A stretch of DNA of 64,000 bases, taken from NCBI GenBank assembly GCA_964016885.1, contig OZ024742.1:109616001-109680000 (forward strand), written 5' to 3'. Shown here piece by piece: positions 1-15,707 of the stretch (position 1 is the stretch's first letter; every line of letters starts with the position of its first letter). The notes under the pieces were generated by a model that saw only the letters and a program-made list of their open reading frames with translations, was not told the origin of the DNA and searched no databases. This DNA comes from Eledone cirrhosa. Its lineage: Eukaryota. The translations under genes and the position numbers were made by a program.

Positions 1-100
1 TTGCCCAGAAAACCTCTAATATCGATTGGTTTCGTTCTTTCCTGTGGTGTCTTTCACGAACTGATTTGTATTTGTGAGGTAGAGAGGAACTAATTTCCAT

Positions 101-308
101 TTGTAAGGTATACATTAAGTGAATTATTTCTGTAAAGTTCGCAAGTATATGGTACATAGTAACTGGACTACAATTGTAAGGTACATACTAGCTAAACTGC
201 AGCTGTAAGGTGCATTAACTGAACTCCAATTATAAGGTATATACTAGCTAAACTGCAGTTGTAAGGTGCTTTAACCGAGCTGTAATTGTAAGGTACATAC
301 TAACTGAA
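101..308. repeat. Minisatellite, alternating 29/27-bp units (56-bp higher-order dimer)
   Basis: The GTAAGG/ATAAGG anchor recurs at 176, 205, 232, 261 and 288, with units like aattgtaaggtacatactagctaaactgc. Confidence 0.8.
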
Positions 309-879
309 ATGCATTTCTTTCTAACGGAAGTCTGTTGCTTACTAAAATTGATTGTTGATGGTGTTTCTGGCACAGACAAGCCGACAGGCAGAGTGATAGA
401 TGGATATACAGACAGAGAAACAAACATATGGACAGACAAACAGACACACAGATAGATAGATAATATATATATAGAGAGGGAGGGGGGAGAGCATGAGATA
501 GATAGATAGATAGGCAAATGGAAAGATAGGCATATATACTATTTTTACATTATATTATGAATATCACGTGCTTTTTTCATAATTTTCTGTTATAAATATA
601 ATCAAATATACAAAAGTTATTTCCAAGGGAGAGAGGCAAAACAAAATTAATTAAAATCTTGCTCAGTACATAATACTGAATCTAAATATTTGCGGTGTTT
701 GCAATTTTGGGGCGCTTTATCAGTAAATTGTGGTGGTAGTGTTGGCAACCGACCTGGATTCTGTCCTCATTGCCATTCAGTTAAAGGAAATCAATGAATG
801 GTGTCCGAACAAGGAATTCTACGTGACTTTCTCTCGATATTTTGTACTTAGCAACTCTGGGAGTTCTCTCTCATACTCC

Positions 880-1788
<909 letters not shown>

Positions 1789-2234
1789 TTCGTGCATATA
1801 TATATATATATATGCATATATAATTCAAATTAAAAGATATATGTATATAGTCATATATCATGAGAGAAACACATAGTATTTTGTACATATATTTAAAGTA
1901 TATAATATTTGGGAACGAGTATATACTTTAAGGTGGAAAGATATTATTTTCCTTACGGTCGCCGATTCATAGTTTGTAAACCGGAGCAAAAATCGATCTA
2001 ATCAATCGATTATCGATTACCAACTATTGATTTTGGTAGAACTACGGAAGACGCGGAACTAATCGTCAGAGGAAATCGTTTTCTAAGAAGTAGTCATTCC
2101 ATATCTCGTTGTGTGAAGTAAATTTTAACTGCGACGGCAGATATAAATAGGGCTGGACATTGCATCCGCTAGAAAGAAGTGAGATGTACCAGTCACAGCA
2201 CAAGCAGCTCAACAAATTAAAACTTTGGAGCAGA

Positions 2235-2388
2235 TATAAACTAATTTAAGGTATCATAACGTATATAATATTATGATGAATATGTTTCTCAGCAGAATTA
2301 TTGATGCTCTGGTCATTGAGCTTTTCTGCTGAGAAACATATTCATCAAATATATTACATATGTTGGGATAATTTAAATTAGTATATAT
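2235..2388. repeat. Imperfect inverted repeat (foldback) ending in (TA)n
   Basis: Core arms tgatgaatatgtttctcagcagaa / ttctgctgagaaacatattcatca, with degenerate outward extension. Confidence 0.7.
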
Positions 2389-3022
2389 ATATATATACTG
2401 TATATATACATATCAAGTTAGTGGTATCAACCAGGCAGTGGTTACGTCACCACCTATATTATGTGGTGATGATATACGAAATCAATCACTCCGCCCTCCT
2501 CAGAAACAATCGGTGGTGACGTAATCATGATTAATCAGCTCTCTAAAACGATCGTAAAACAATGAAGTACTCTTAACAACCTACATATGACTTGTTTTAT
2601 TTTCATTGTTCAAAATAAACTTATTTTATAAATATACATGTGTGTGTGTGTGTGTGTAAGAGGAATCAAATATGTGATTTAATCTTCCTGCGCTTATGCG
2701 AGTTTATAAGACACCGTTAAAAGTAATGCATGCTAAAAACGCTAGTTTACGAAAAACCTATCATAACAAACGAAAATTACTCCAAGATGTAAATTTGAAA
2801 TAGTGAAATCGTACGTGTTAGTTTTCGCATGCTATGGAAGAAGTATGCTATTATGTGGTGGCATTTATATAGGGATTGTAATATTTATTAAGGTAGTATA
2901 GAAGGTATACAGTATTATGTAAGTGTGGAAAGAGAAAGAAAAGCTATTACGAAAGTATATAAACCAAATAAAGGTGGTTGAAAATCAGTCAAATTTGTTG
3001 AATATTTCTACTTACCAAGTAG

Positions 3023-3600
3023 TTGGCTTTTGAGATGGAGCCATACCCTAAACAATTCGCCAAACAACTCCTTTACGATGAGCTGAGGGATGATAAACGT
3101 TCACCTCATGTACCAAAGACGAGGTTCAAGGACTGTGTCAAAATATCTTTGATGAAAGCTGGCATCTCTGGCGGAGGCTGGGAGCAAGCTGCCAATGATG
3201 GAATTCTGTCGAGGGGAAACTCTATGTGAAGGTAAAGTACACTTTGAAACGACCAGAATAAATTATAAGAGGTTAAAAAGGGATGTGAGGAAGAGCTTGA
3301 AAGTAAAACTGTCAGGAAGCCTGCGAGACCAAGGAGACCTGACATACAATGAGTATGAAAGAGGCAGCCTCGGAAAATCTGGATTAAAGTGTCACAAACA
3401 GAGCTATGTAAAAAAGGTTTATGCAGATTACGTTAGAGCGTATGGTATAACAATCTGCCATCAATATGGTAAAGTCTGCCTGAAGTAATACATGAAAGTA
3501 CATGGCAAGCAGCCACCGATTCTTGTTGCAAAAGCCATGTCTGTAACATTTGTGCCAGAAAATGTAGGACACTTGCTGGCCTAAAAAGTCACATCCGAGC
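3023..3600 (+). mobile_element. RTE-clade LINE 3' fragment (degenerate)
   Basis: Peptide KQLLYDEL..KR...PKTRFKDCVK.SL...GI....WEQAA resembles the RTE ORF C-terminus. Broken by frameshifts. Confidence 0.7.
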
Positions 3601-3882
3601 TACATACACACAGAAGCGTGTTTGTAAATTCAAGCGATGGCTATACTCGAGCGCGAGGTAGCTGCTATCATATATATATGTGTGTGTGTGTGTGTGTGCA
3701 CGTCTGGGGTGGGGGTGTATGTATATATATATATACATATATATATTTACGCATATATATGCTTACATATGCATATATATATATTTCATGTGTTATTATT
3801 TTGTTAGTGTTCACCAATAGAGCCGGTTTCTAACACAGAAACAAGATTCTTTCATTGGAATTTAGACATCAATTCGGTATAT

Positions 3883-3997
<115 letters not shown>

Positions 3998-4084
3998 TTA
4001 TTGTATGTGTAAACTTGTATCTTTTGGGTTATATGTGTACACGAGCAAATGTTTCTATATCTTCATGTGTGCATTCTGAATTTC

Positions 4085-4920
4085 TGAAATGCTTTACATA
4101 TTTTTAGAGTTCCATTAATGGAGAGTGTACTCGCAACTTCCTAACCAGTCGTGCTATTTCTGATTCTGTAAAGCCCTCCTTTTCAAGATTTGTATTGAGG
4201 CTGTTAGTAAGATATCCAAGAGCTCACAGGTACAAAAACATAATCAGAATGGAGTATCTGCAGATGCCTCATTAGTTCAGCATAAATGTAGATGTTCTTT
4301 TCGCTAATCTTTAACATTATATTACCATCTAAGGGCGGTGGATTGGCAGTATCGGTAGAGGGTCGGACGCCATGCTTTGCAGCATAGAGTTACGCCCCTT
4401 TATGATCTGAGTTCAAATCCAGCCGAGGTTAACTTTGCCATTCATTCTTACGGGGTCGATAAAATAAAGTACCAGTCACACACTGGGGTCGACTTAATCG
4501 ACATTCCCCTCCCCCAAAATTGCTGGCCTATATAAGAAACCATTATATTACCATCTGCTAGTTATCTAATTTACACTACTGTGCAAACCTTTTCATTGTC
4601 CCATATCACTATATTTAGTATTTTATGTTTGCATTTTATTGGGGTTTTGACTGGAACATTCTACCAGTACTTTCATATTATGTATGCATATGTCCTTTAC
4701 ATCACTGTTACATTTTATATTTTTATTCTCAGGATTATCCTTTCTCCGGATTACGTTGTATGGTGGATGGCCACTACATCATGCCTTATACGCTGATAGT
4801 ATCGTGATGACAGCTAGCTTTGGCAGCTGCTTATGATGTGGATGACATTTTCGATGTTTCTTCCACAGAGTCTGCATCTAGGTGTTTTGTCAGCATCCCT
4901 GTCTCTTTTGTACATCAGGG
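4085..4920 (-). mobile_element. R4/Dong-like LINE RLE-domain fragment, interrupted by a SINE
   Basis: Reverse-strand homology to 54165-54959 (RHDVVA, WNVPVKTPIKC, YAELMR, NTNLEK segments). Confidence 0.8.
4331..4540 (+). mobile_element. tRNA-derived SINE (family 1, long form)
   Basis: A box tggcagtatcggt and B box gagttcaaatcc. 16-bp TSD cattatattaccatct at 4315-4330 and 4541-4556. Confidence 0.9.
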
Positions 4921-5022
4921 TGTGTGTGTATGTATGTATGTATGTATGTATGTATGTATGTATGTATGCATTATTTATTGATTACTTTGCTGGAACTGTG
5001 GTTTCTTTATATATATATATAA

Positions 5023-5105
<83 letters not shown>

Positions 5106-5491
5106 GACTGGGGCAGTTACTTATGGATGTTTGCGATAAATTCTAAGTATATTAAAATTTTCTTCGTGGACGAAAAAGGTAAACAAAACACCTAATCGCG
5201 ATTGTTAACATCACTGAGTGAGAAAGGGGGATAATTTGAATAAATCAAGAAAATGTCATTATTAAATTAAAAGGCTTAAGAGAAAGGGATAATCTGCTGT
5301 TTATTTTGGATACGAGCGTCAGCTATGAAAACATATTTCAACTTCAAATTTACCTCTTCGCTTTTACATTATCCTTCTCACCATGGTATTAAATACCTAC
5401 TTGGCCGACAGTTAATTTGTACAATAATATTGTATATGTAAGTGTTTGTCTGTGTGCGCATATTTATGTATATATATATATATATATATTA

Positions 5492-5584
<93 letters not shown>

Positions 5585-5749
5585 GGGGAGAGAGAAATGG
5601 GGAGTGGGGAGAGAGACAGACAAAGACGATGTAGTTGTGTTAAACAGTATGGGTGATTAAGTAACCCGTGCATACCAGTCTCTCTTATCCAGGCTACCTA
5701 TGCTGTTTAAGGCTAAGGCAACCCATATATACACTTGACACCCGTACTG

Positions 5750-5885
5750 TCGCAACTCATTTATTCCCAGCTTAGTGAACTGAAGCAATGTAAAATAAAG
5801 TTTCTTGTTCAAGGATACATGTGCTGCCCGTTGGGGGAATCAAACTCACAACATTACGATTTTTAGCCCTACACCCTAACCTCTA
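5750..5885 (-). mobile_element. tRNA-derived SINE family 2 fragment
   Basis: Shares aaataaagt..cttg.tcaagga...ggaatc.aactcac with copies at 10490-10645, 18720-18848, 47690-47915 and 58790-59070. Confidence 0.65.
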
Positions 5886-6225
5886 AAGTCTTTAATTATT
5901 AAGCATTTGATTGACGTGAAGTAAAGTTATCACGTCTCCTCAAGCGTCGATCATGTCTTCACGTGGGCTGCTCGCTACATCCTGTAGATTTAGTGTGGAG
6001 GAAGCTGGTTCATCTAAACTGACATGCGCTACATATACAACAGAAATATAATGGCATCAGTACCAGTGAGTCAAAAGACATTTCTAATCACATTCTTGTA
6101 AAAGAAAAATATTTTTTTAGCCTTCGCCATTATTCTACATGCGAGATGTAATGAAGGAAAAACGTTATTTCATTTACGTAATTGCCTTTTGGGTGTGTGA
6201 GCGAGAGAGAGCGAGAGAGTGTGTG

Positions 6226-6361
<136 letters not shown>

Positions 6362-7954
6362 GTTTTTTAGTTCTTTTTGTTTTGTTTTTACTCTCAAATA
6401 AACATCTAAACGTATTTTTTTTCCATATCAAACGAACTGTCTAATTTTCCTGTCATGAAATTCTTTCGCTATTAGCAAAAAGTCTAATCATTTGAAGATC
6501 AAATAATGAATTCTTGCGAAGCATATTTTGCCCTCAACCAGAATATCTCTGTTGATTAATGGCGACAGCTACAGAATAGAAAACTTTAAAAAACTGACTA
6601 ATTTACCATTTTTATTTATTTATTCAGTTTCTTTTCAGCGTTGCTTTCCTTCTTACCATTAAATAAGTTGACTTTAATCTTTGGAACTGTCAGAATAGGT
6701 AGAAAATGTCCGATTAGATAAGCTGCTTGCTTCTTGTGTTTGAGTTCAAACCCGCTGCAAGCATTTGATGCGTCTCCGGGCAAAACATAATTCTAGCTGA
6801 TTCAATTCATTTAGAAAACAATGTCAGTGGCGATAAACTGGATTTGACAATGTACTTTTGAAAGTGTTTGAATTTGAAAGTTGAGAGTTCGAGTTTAGGT
6901 GAAAGTAAATGTATTTACCCGGCAGAATTTTGTTGCTGGGGACTGAGTAGGATAATTTTAGAAAACTATTATTGGGTTTTAACTACTAAAAAAGAAAGAA
7001 TCGAAAGTCTTAGAATGTGTCTTCGAGTCTTAAACATGAAACAAAGCATAATAGCTGTATTATCATCGTGCAAATATCTGATATACTATGTCGAGATGAA
7101 AGAAAATCGTTTTATTTTTATGAAAAATGTAAATGCCATAACAAAAGATTATCAATGGATATTATTAATCAGCGAAATACCAATAATTTTCAAAATGCAT
7201 GGAAATGAAAAATGATTAATAAAATCACTTTGTTCTGTGATAAGTTGTTGTCAAGTAGGAACATGGCATTGTCGCTCTTCAAACTAATGTGTTTGGATTT
7301 ATTTTTAATCATATTATATATTTCTCCCCTACAATAATTTAGCGTCGTCACTATAGTTTAGTTATACAATAGATGAATTACAGAAATACTGTCATAGCAG
7401 CACCACAACTCTCATAATAGAACTGCCATCACAATGCACATATCCTTCACACCATCGCTGTTATCATTGCACAATACCGCCCAAAATGGCGCATCTACAT
7501 GACAAAACATACTGTTTCTTTCGAGCAAAGCAGAGAAAATGTGAACTCCGCCCAAGACTTTTCTTGTCATTCTAGCAAATTATACATGCCTGACTTATTA
7601 CAGACTTGTTGCCTTTTCAACATCAGACTGATAAACTACAGTTGATTATCCCACGTCCACTCCACTCACAGCCTTCCCATGTGACGCCATGTTTCATCTC
7701 AGAGAACAAAGAACAGACAGCAACATTCACAATTAGTTTTAAAATATACAAATGGTGTTCTGTGATCTATTCTAATTTAATACTTAATTTAATAATAGTT
7801 TACATCTGGAAAATTTAAACACGATTTACCGTTAACTGCTCTTACGACATTAGAACTGCGCTGCGATAGATTTGGTTGTCTCAGACCATTGTTGCAATTA
7901 GTATTTTTTTTAAAATAAGTCGGACATAAAGATTTCATTATATCACAGCTAGCA

Positions 7955-8170
7955 AGGCGGTGAGTTGGCAAAGTCATAACGTTGGATAGAAGGCTTCGCA
8001 ATATCATTTGTTTCAGTACTCTGCACTCAGTTCAAATCCCAACGAAGTCAACTGTACATTTCATCCATCCTTCCGGCATTGATAAAATAAAGTACCATCA
8101 AAGAACTGGGAGGTGCCATTTGACCGACATTACCTTCCCCTCAAGATTGTTGGCCTTGTGTCTAAATTAG
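7955..8170 (+). mobile_element. tRNA-derived SINE family 1
   Basis: ggcggtgagttggca...gttcaaatccc...gataaaataaagtacca matches the copy at 4331. Confidence 0.8.
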
Positions 8171-8256
8171 ATACGATATATCACAGTGAGATATGGAACT
8201 GTTTCATAATCCCAGGACGTAAAATAACGAATGTGTTACATTTTATAGTGACGACA

Positions 8257-8382
8257 GAAGAAGAAGAAGAAGAAGAAGAAGAAGAAGAAGAAGAAGAAGA
8301 AGAAGAAGAAGAAGAAGAAGAAGAAGAAGAAGAAGAAGAAGAAGAAGAAGAAGAAGAAGAAGAAGAAGAAGAAGAAGAAGAA
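8257..8382. repeat. (GAA)n trinucleotide microsatellite
   Basis: About 40 perfect GAA units. Confidence 0.95.
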
Positions 8383-8949
8383 ATGCTGCAAATTGAGAGA
8401 AGAGAGACCATTGCTTTTACTAAATCTTTTAAACATTGAAAGAAGTTTGAACATTTATTTTTCTGACAGACAGATTAATGCTCTCCTCCTCGCCTTAATC
8501 CGGACAGCTTAATAATCCACAGAAAGCGGCTTATTTTACCCTTTCTAAACGTTTCAATACACAAGAAACATTCAATAATCGATTATTTGAAGAATTAAAG
8601 ACGAGGATATTTGTCTTTCTCAAAGGATTTTTTGAATAGGTGGTGGTGAGGGTGGGTCGAACGGGTAGAGAGTTCTGTTCTTATTCATCCTATTTTAATC
8701 ACAGGCTGGTTATATTTAAAAGGATATAAACGGGAGGAGATAAAGGAGGGACGGTGGAAAGAGGAAAGAAAGAAAGAAAGAAAGAAAGGAAGAAAGAAAG
8801 AAAAATATAGATAGATAGATAGATAGATAGAAAATATAGTGAAATCTAAATATTTTAACCCACAATCCTTACAAACCCGTTTCAATATTTTGTTTTTGTT
8901 ATTGTCTGGCTTGGGAAATTTCTGTTTATATATTATCGTACTGACAGTA

Positions 8950-9230
8950 GAATGCATGACTTAATCCATCACCAACATGCGTCTTGGGAGCATTTAGCAG
9001 AATCCACTATACTGCAATCATTTAAGCCATGTCTCAAGTTTGAGAACACCTTCGTCTCACGAGCCTTAAAGGTCCTAAAAATGTCATGGACATTGTCCTT
9101 TCTTCTCCCACTCCTGGCATTAATACTCCATTCGTTCATGACTGGAATGTTCATCCCAAGGTATAAACCTGGATATGTGGAAAGCCAGCAGTCACGCATG
9201 CATGTTCGTCGTATCTCTCAGAGAATGGCT
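8950..9230 (-). mobile_element. Possible degenerate LINE (CR1/L2-like) ORF2 fragment
   Basis: Peptide YLG...ARSGRRK..V..IFRTFKAR loosely resembles the post-RT region of LINEs. Weak match. Confidence 0.35.
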
Positions 9231-9726
9231 GATAAAGCTTGGCACAGTGCCGTCGCAACTATATATATACACTACACTACTTAGACGGAAAATTGTCAGA
9301 GTGGTTAGAACGTCAGATAGAATACTTGCAGGCATTTGATCCATCTCTTGGCGCTTTGAGTTCAAATCTAGCTAAGGTCAACTTTCGAGTTAGGTCGAGG
9401 AAAAAGTACTAATCCAGGACAGGGGTCGATTCTTTCCCCTCCTTCACAATCTCCTTCCATGTCAGAAATCGACTGTGTTCAGATCTGGAGAGGGATTGAT
9501 CCGCTAGTAAAAGCCGTATGTTACGATAGTGCCCCTTTGATCCCATCAAGTTACAGTTATATACATACATATACTACACAAACACACACCATGTGTGTGT
9601 GTTATTTTTAAAAAACGTATGAAAAACACAAACATAAACACAAGGACAATTCCCGCTCATCGGCTGTCTTCTGTGGATCGAACTCATTAAAGACAGTACA
9701 TCTCACCACAGTGCGTTGATAATTAA

Positions 9727-9795
<69 letters not shown>

Positions 9796-9807
9796 TTAAT
9801 ATAGATG

Positions 9808-9858
9808 AGATTCTACAGGACTAGAACTGTTTCATTCTTTAGAAATCATCAGGAATCT
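9808..9858 (-). ncRNA. Type I hammerhead ribozyme motif (family H1)
   Basis: Minus strand reads agattc-CTGATGA-tttc taaa gaat-GAAA-cag ttctagtc ctg-TA-gaatct. Lies in a ~125-bp island between (TA)n tracts. Confidence 0.8.
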
Positions 9859-9914
9859 GCAATGTATTGAGTACCTTACTTACTGTGGTTACCTCCGATT
9901 CAACCCGGAATAAC

Positions 9915-9959
<45 letters not shown>

Positions 9960-9962
<3 letters not shown>

Positions 9963-10340
9963 TGTTATACTTTGGGAGGGTCATGTTGCCAATAAGAAAC
10001 ACACGCACCAGTTGCTTTCACTTCAATTTATTATAATAAATTTATAAATTTATAAATTTCTGGTTGGTTGGTTGGTTCCACAACCAGATAGCTGTTTATA
10101 TATTGTCATAGTTCTTTCGTCACACACTCTGTGACCTCTTCAGTGACTGGGGATTCCTTTCTTTGTTTTTGTGCCTCTCCTTTGTTCTGTCCTACGCCAT
10201 TTTGTTTCTGTGTGTGTGTTGTGTGCTCAGTCTGCGCATGCGCCACATCTTATTGGCAACATGACCCTCCCAAAGTATAACAATATCGGTTTCAACACAC
10301 GATTTCAGATAAAGAATCTTGCTAAACAAATTCAGAAACG

Positions 10341-10345
<5 letters not shown>
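9960..10345. mobile_element. PLE1 3' end / pLTR fragments, head-to-head pair in (TA)n
   Basis: 9960-10249 (- sense) and 10249-10345 (+ sense) both match the terminus of the GIY-YIG element at 15705-16070. Confidence 0.85.
10105..10147 (-). ncRNA. Minimal type I hammerhead ribozyme motif in PLE1 pLTR (intact core)
   Basis: gtca-CTGAAGA-g gtcac agagtgt gtgac-GAAA-gaac-TA-tgac. Confidence 0.75.
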
Positions 10346-10406
<61 letters not shown>

Positions 10407-11315
10407 TTATTTATTTATTTATATGTATGTATATACATATATATTCATATTTAAGGACATGTCGTTACTACCCATATTGTTTCCACGTGATTGGGCTGGA
10501 GCAACGTGAAATAAAGTGTCTTGCTCAAGAACACAGCGTGAATTAAAGTGTCTTGCTCAAATTCTCAATGTGACGCCTGCTTCGGAAACTGCAAATTGCG
10601 ATTATACGCTTCTGAACCAAACCCTTAGAGCACCAAGCCAGGTGCCTTCACATATGAAAGTACCTATATGACATGTTTGTGCCCCCATTAATAATTCAAA
10701 CCTTATAACAATAGCCATGACTAATATGTACGTGATAGAAGAAAAGCGTGTATGTGTATATATGTACGTGTGTATATGAGCATGTAAGTATATGGATGTG
10801 TGCGTGTGCATATGCATATATATACATATATATATATGTGTGTGTGTGTGCGTGTGTGTACATGCGCACGCATCTATATGCACGTGTCTGTATATGTGCG
10901 TATATGTATACGTACAGGTGTGAATATGTGAAAGAGTGTATATGTACGTGTGTGTATAACGTGTGTGTATATATACATGTATGTATATGCATGGATGTGT
11001 GTATATGTATATATATATATATATATGTATATACGTACATGTGTGTATACATAGTTGTGTGTATACGTACGTCAGTGTATATATCAACATATGTGTTTAT
11101 GTACGTGTGTGTATAAGAATATGTGTGTTTATGTACGTGTGTGTATATGAATATGTGTGTTTATGTACATGTGTGTATGTGATTATTGATTTAAACAATA
11201 ATTGTTGTGACACGATATGGCTATTGTGAAAATGCTAATGAAAGAGAAGGGGAAGAAGAGAGACAAAGGGAAAGTGAGACATGGAGCGAGAGGTAGAGAG
11301 AAAAATGTATACATG

Positions 11316-11372
<57 letters not shown>

Positions 11373-11430
11373 TAATAATAATAATGAATAATAAAAACAA
11401 AGAAACAGTTCCTTATAATATATATATATA

Positions 11431-11493
<63 letters not shown>

Positions 11494-11665
11494 GCATGTA
11501 CATATGGTGAGAGAAAGAAAGTTAGAGAGCAGAATATAAACGAGGTAGAGTAATAATGGAAACCTGGTCGTGGGAGTATTCACGATGTTACTCCTAATTT
11601 CTTTCATTCCTCACACACACATCCTGTCTCATCTCCTTTCACTCTTTCTACCTCCCTATTACTTC

Positions 11666-11727
<62 letters not shown>

Positions 11728-11792
11728 CACTTCCCGAGAGCATTCGTTATCTTGCCCGCAACCAGAGCTTCGATTATGCTGTACTACTTTCT

Positions 11793-11951
<159 letters not shown>

Positions 11952-12018
11952 TCCTGCTATATCAAGCGTTAACCTAATATACTGTACCGATTGTGTTGTG
12001 ATTTCTGTTTTTACATAC

Positions 12019-12152
<134 letters not shown>

Positions 12153-12171
12153 TATATATATATATATATAT

Positions 12172-12365
12172 AACGAAGGAAGTGTGGTAAGGAACCAGGT
12201 GGACGATAACGCACCTGAGTACTCGATACTTTGGGTAGTTAAGTGGCTAATGGAAAGGGTTCAAGACCCCGACGGCAGAGCTCAAGCCGTTTCGACGACT
12301 ACTTCTGGACCAGAAATAGCCGTCGAAACGGCTTCAGCTCTGCTGTCGGGGTTCTGAACCTTTCC
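12172..12365 (-). mobile_element. Short (TA)n-embedded repeat family A with terminal foldback
   Basis: Fixed end aacgaagga abuts (TA)n. Palindrome 12252-12365 is centred on ttctggaccagaa. Other copies: 12398-12519, 13674-13812, 23808-23980, 33796-33848, 35802-35930. Strand inferred from the fixed end. Confidence 0.8.
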
Positions 12366-12366
12366 C

Positions 12367-12397
<31 letters not shown>

Positions 12398-12399
<2 letters not shown>

Positions 12400-12519
12400 G
12401 GTACGAGTAGGACCCCTACTAGGGGTCCTACTCGTACCTATTACCCACTCTACTACCCTAAGTATTGAGTACTTTGGTGCGTTATGTTCCATCTGGTTCC
12501 ATACCACATTTCCTTCGTT
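12398..12519 (+). mobile_element. Family A copy with perfect terminal hairpin
   Basis: taggtacgagtaggacccct-act-aggggtcctactcgtaccta (12398-12440), then family A sequence to ccttcgtt-(TA)n. Confidence 0.8.
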
Positions 12520-12538
12520 ATATATATATATACACACA

Positions 12539-12650
<112 letters not shown>

Positions 12651-12658
12651 TGTATGTA

Positions 12659-12702
<44 letters not shown>

Positions 12703-12873
12703 GCAAGCATACATAGAAACACTACCATCCGTCATTCTTTCCTTCCAACTGCGAAACTAAGACAATCTCTCCCCTACTCAACCATTGGAGTATAATCAAA
12801 GAACGGCGTTGGGATTGATTGATATATTACCTTCAGCCATCATATATTTATATATTCATATATTCAGATATTT

Positions 12874-12976
<103 letters not shown>

Positions 12977-13163
12977 GCTATTTGTAATATTATTGCTTAT
13001 CAATTGCAGTTATCTGCAGCTTGTCACTACACATATCTATTCATACACACACACACAGAGACACAGAGAGAGAGAGAGAGAGAGAGAGACACACACACAT
13101 ATATATAGATATATATATGTGTGTGTTTCTGTGTATGTGTGAATTGGTGTGTGAGTATATGTA

Positions 13164-13238
<75 letters not shown>

Positions 13239-13527
13239 ATATATTTAATGTATGCGTGTGTGTATGCATGTATGTGTAGTATGTATGTATATATATATAT
13301 ATATACATACATATATGTGTGTGTAATGGAGGCGTCTTTGAAGACCATATTATACCACCTTCATATCTTTCAGTCACCATCCGATAATACAATGATACAC
13401 CATTCATCTACATCCTATTGACAATCAATCTCTCTTACTATCGATTTCAAATCAATGCTCCTTCTTTCTCTTTTTCATGATCCCGATATCTATCTATCTC
13501 TCTCCCTCTCTTTCTCTCTCTCTCTCA

Positions 13528-13565
<38 letters not shown>

Positions 13566-13673
13566 CTATCTATACATATATTCATTTAAGTTTGGTCGTT
13601 CTCCACTGGATAGAACTGGTTACCCGGCCCCTGTCATTTTACTCAATAATTATATATATATATATATATATAT

Positions 13674-13812
13674 AACGAAGGAAATGTGGTAAGGAACCAG
13701 GTAGACCATAACGCACCAAAGTACTCAATACTTAGGGCAGTAGAGTGGGTAATAGGAACAAGTAGGACCCCCGACGGCTGAGCTCAAGCCGTTTCGACGG
13801 CTAATTTTGGAC
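13674..13812 (-). mobile_element. Family A copy, no foldback
   Basis: About 139 bp flanked by TA repeats on both sides. Confidence 0.8.
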
Positions 13813-14493
13813 TATATATATATATTATGACACACGCATATACATATATACATATACACACATATATAAATATATACATATATATATAATATATATATGT
13901 GTATATGGACATATATCCGTGAATTCATATACATATATATCTACATACTCGGACTCACAACATATACATACACACATACATATATTCATATGGAGAAACA
14001 CTCACGTTTTTCTCCTCTCTTGCTATCTGTATCACCCCTTTTATCTTTACCCACCCAACTCCACCATATCCACCAACCACACACCCCTCTTTCAACCCCC
14101 TCCTCACCCCAGTCCTCGCTCTCCCAAAGTTACGTAAATTTCATCAATTACTGTAATACCTTAATCCCACTATTTGCATATTTATTGCAAAATTTCGAAT
14201 TTAACTAAATAATCGTTGTTGTAGTAGTTTTTGCTGTAGCAAGTGTTTCTTGTTTTAAAGTTAGTTGTTGTTGTTGTTGTTGCTGTCACATGTGTTATTT
14301 CTGTTGTCATAAGTATTGTTGTTGTTGTCACAAGTGTTGTAGTTGCTGTAACAAGTGTTGTTGCTGTTGATGTTGTTTTAAAGTTCCCCCACGCTGTTCT
14401 CATTGTTTTGGTATGTTGAATGTAATAATTTCCTTTAAGTAATCCTTGGGCCAGTGTCTTCTTGATTGTTTTTAGGACCAATTTTTAAATGTC

Positions 14494-14524
<31 letters not shown>

Positions 14525-15386
14525 TGGTAATGTTTCTGTAGTTGAATTTTGTTCACAGTCTCCATGTATTGGAATATTTTATTATGATTGATAGATCTTT
14601 GATGTTATATTGCATCTACATTCTAAGTAGTTTTTGAGACCAGTTTTAAAATGTCCCCTCTGTCAGACAACAAATGTTTTTACTTTGGAACAAATAAGGT
14701 TTCTAATGTATGCACAAAGCCAACAATTTTCTGGGGAGGAGAAAAGTCGATTATACTGACTCTAGTACTTGACTGGTACTTTAGTTTAACGACCACAGAA
14801 GAATGAAAGTTGAACTAAGTACGCAAAAGGTCGTAGCTAGATGCCTTAATGAAGTATGTCCGACACTCTAATAATTCTGCAAATCCACATTGGAACAAAT
14901 GATGCCATAAAGTTTCTAGGTAATCTCCATAAAAAAAAGCAGAGATGATTCTATACATGTTCGTGATAAAAAATAGTTTAAAAGAATATATCTCATTCGA
15001 AGTCTAAATGATATATTTTTCAAAGTCCATCGCGTGTCGTTGATGACATGCCGTGTCAAAGGTTTGCCATAACCGATTTAAAAGATTTTTTTTATTTTAG
15101 CGTCATTTTTTTAAGTTTTTGCCTTATTTTTGTTTTTATATTAATTTTTGGTTATTAATTAATATGGCGGTTAATGGTCAAAATGATGCTTTTTCAGTGC
15201 TGAGTGATTTCCATTAAAATGCGAGATTCTCTTTCATATTTGGCAGCGTTCGTGTTGAGAATGATAAATCATATATCTAAAAATTAGAAACAACTGTATT
15301 AATTAAGTAATAAATATTTGTGTATATATATAAACTTATAATGATTTGAATAGTAGGTATTCTTACAATGAATTTATCTCAGATTA

Positions 15387-15431
<45 letters not shown>

Positions 15432-15432
15432 G

Positions 15433-15498
<66 letters not shown>

Positions 15499-15590
15499 TA
15501 GATATGTATGTGTATATATGTATATATATATGTGGGTACATGCAATTATTTCACATTATATATGTATATATTTATATATATGTGTGTATG

Positions 15591-15707
<117 letters not shown>

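Noticed and set aside
101-308. Regularly spaced ~28-bp repeats resembling a CRISPR array
   Set aside because: Units are contiguous with no unique spacers, there are no cas genes, and the context is eukaryotic. This is a minisatellite.
2439-2528. Short inverted repeat enclosing gtgatga..gaaa
   Set aside because: The core lacks C3 and stems II and III do not pair. Not called as an HHR.
4331-4430. tRNA gene-like A/B boxes
   Set aside because: No full cloverleaf. They are heads of multi-copy SINEs with TSDs.
8113-8454. Poly-Glu / poly-Ser / poly-Phe ORFs
   Set aside because: (GAA)n microsatellite with no flanking coding signal.
14182-14481. Thr-rich mucin-like ORF
   Set aside because: Derived from a degenerate (ACA)n repeat, with no splice or homology support.
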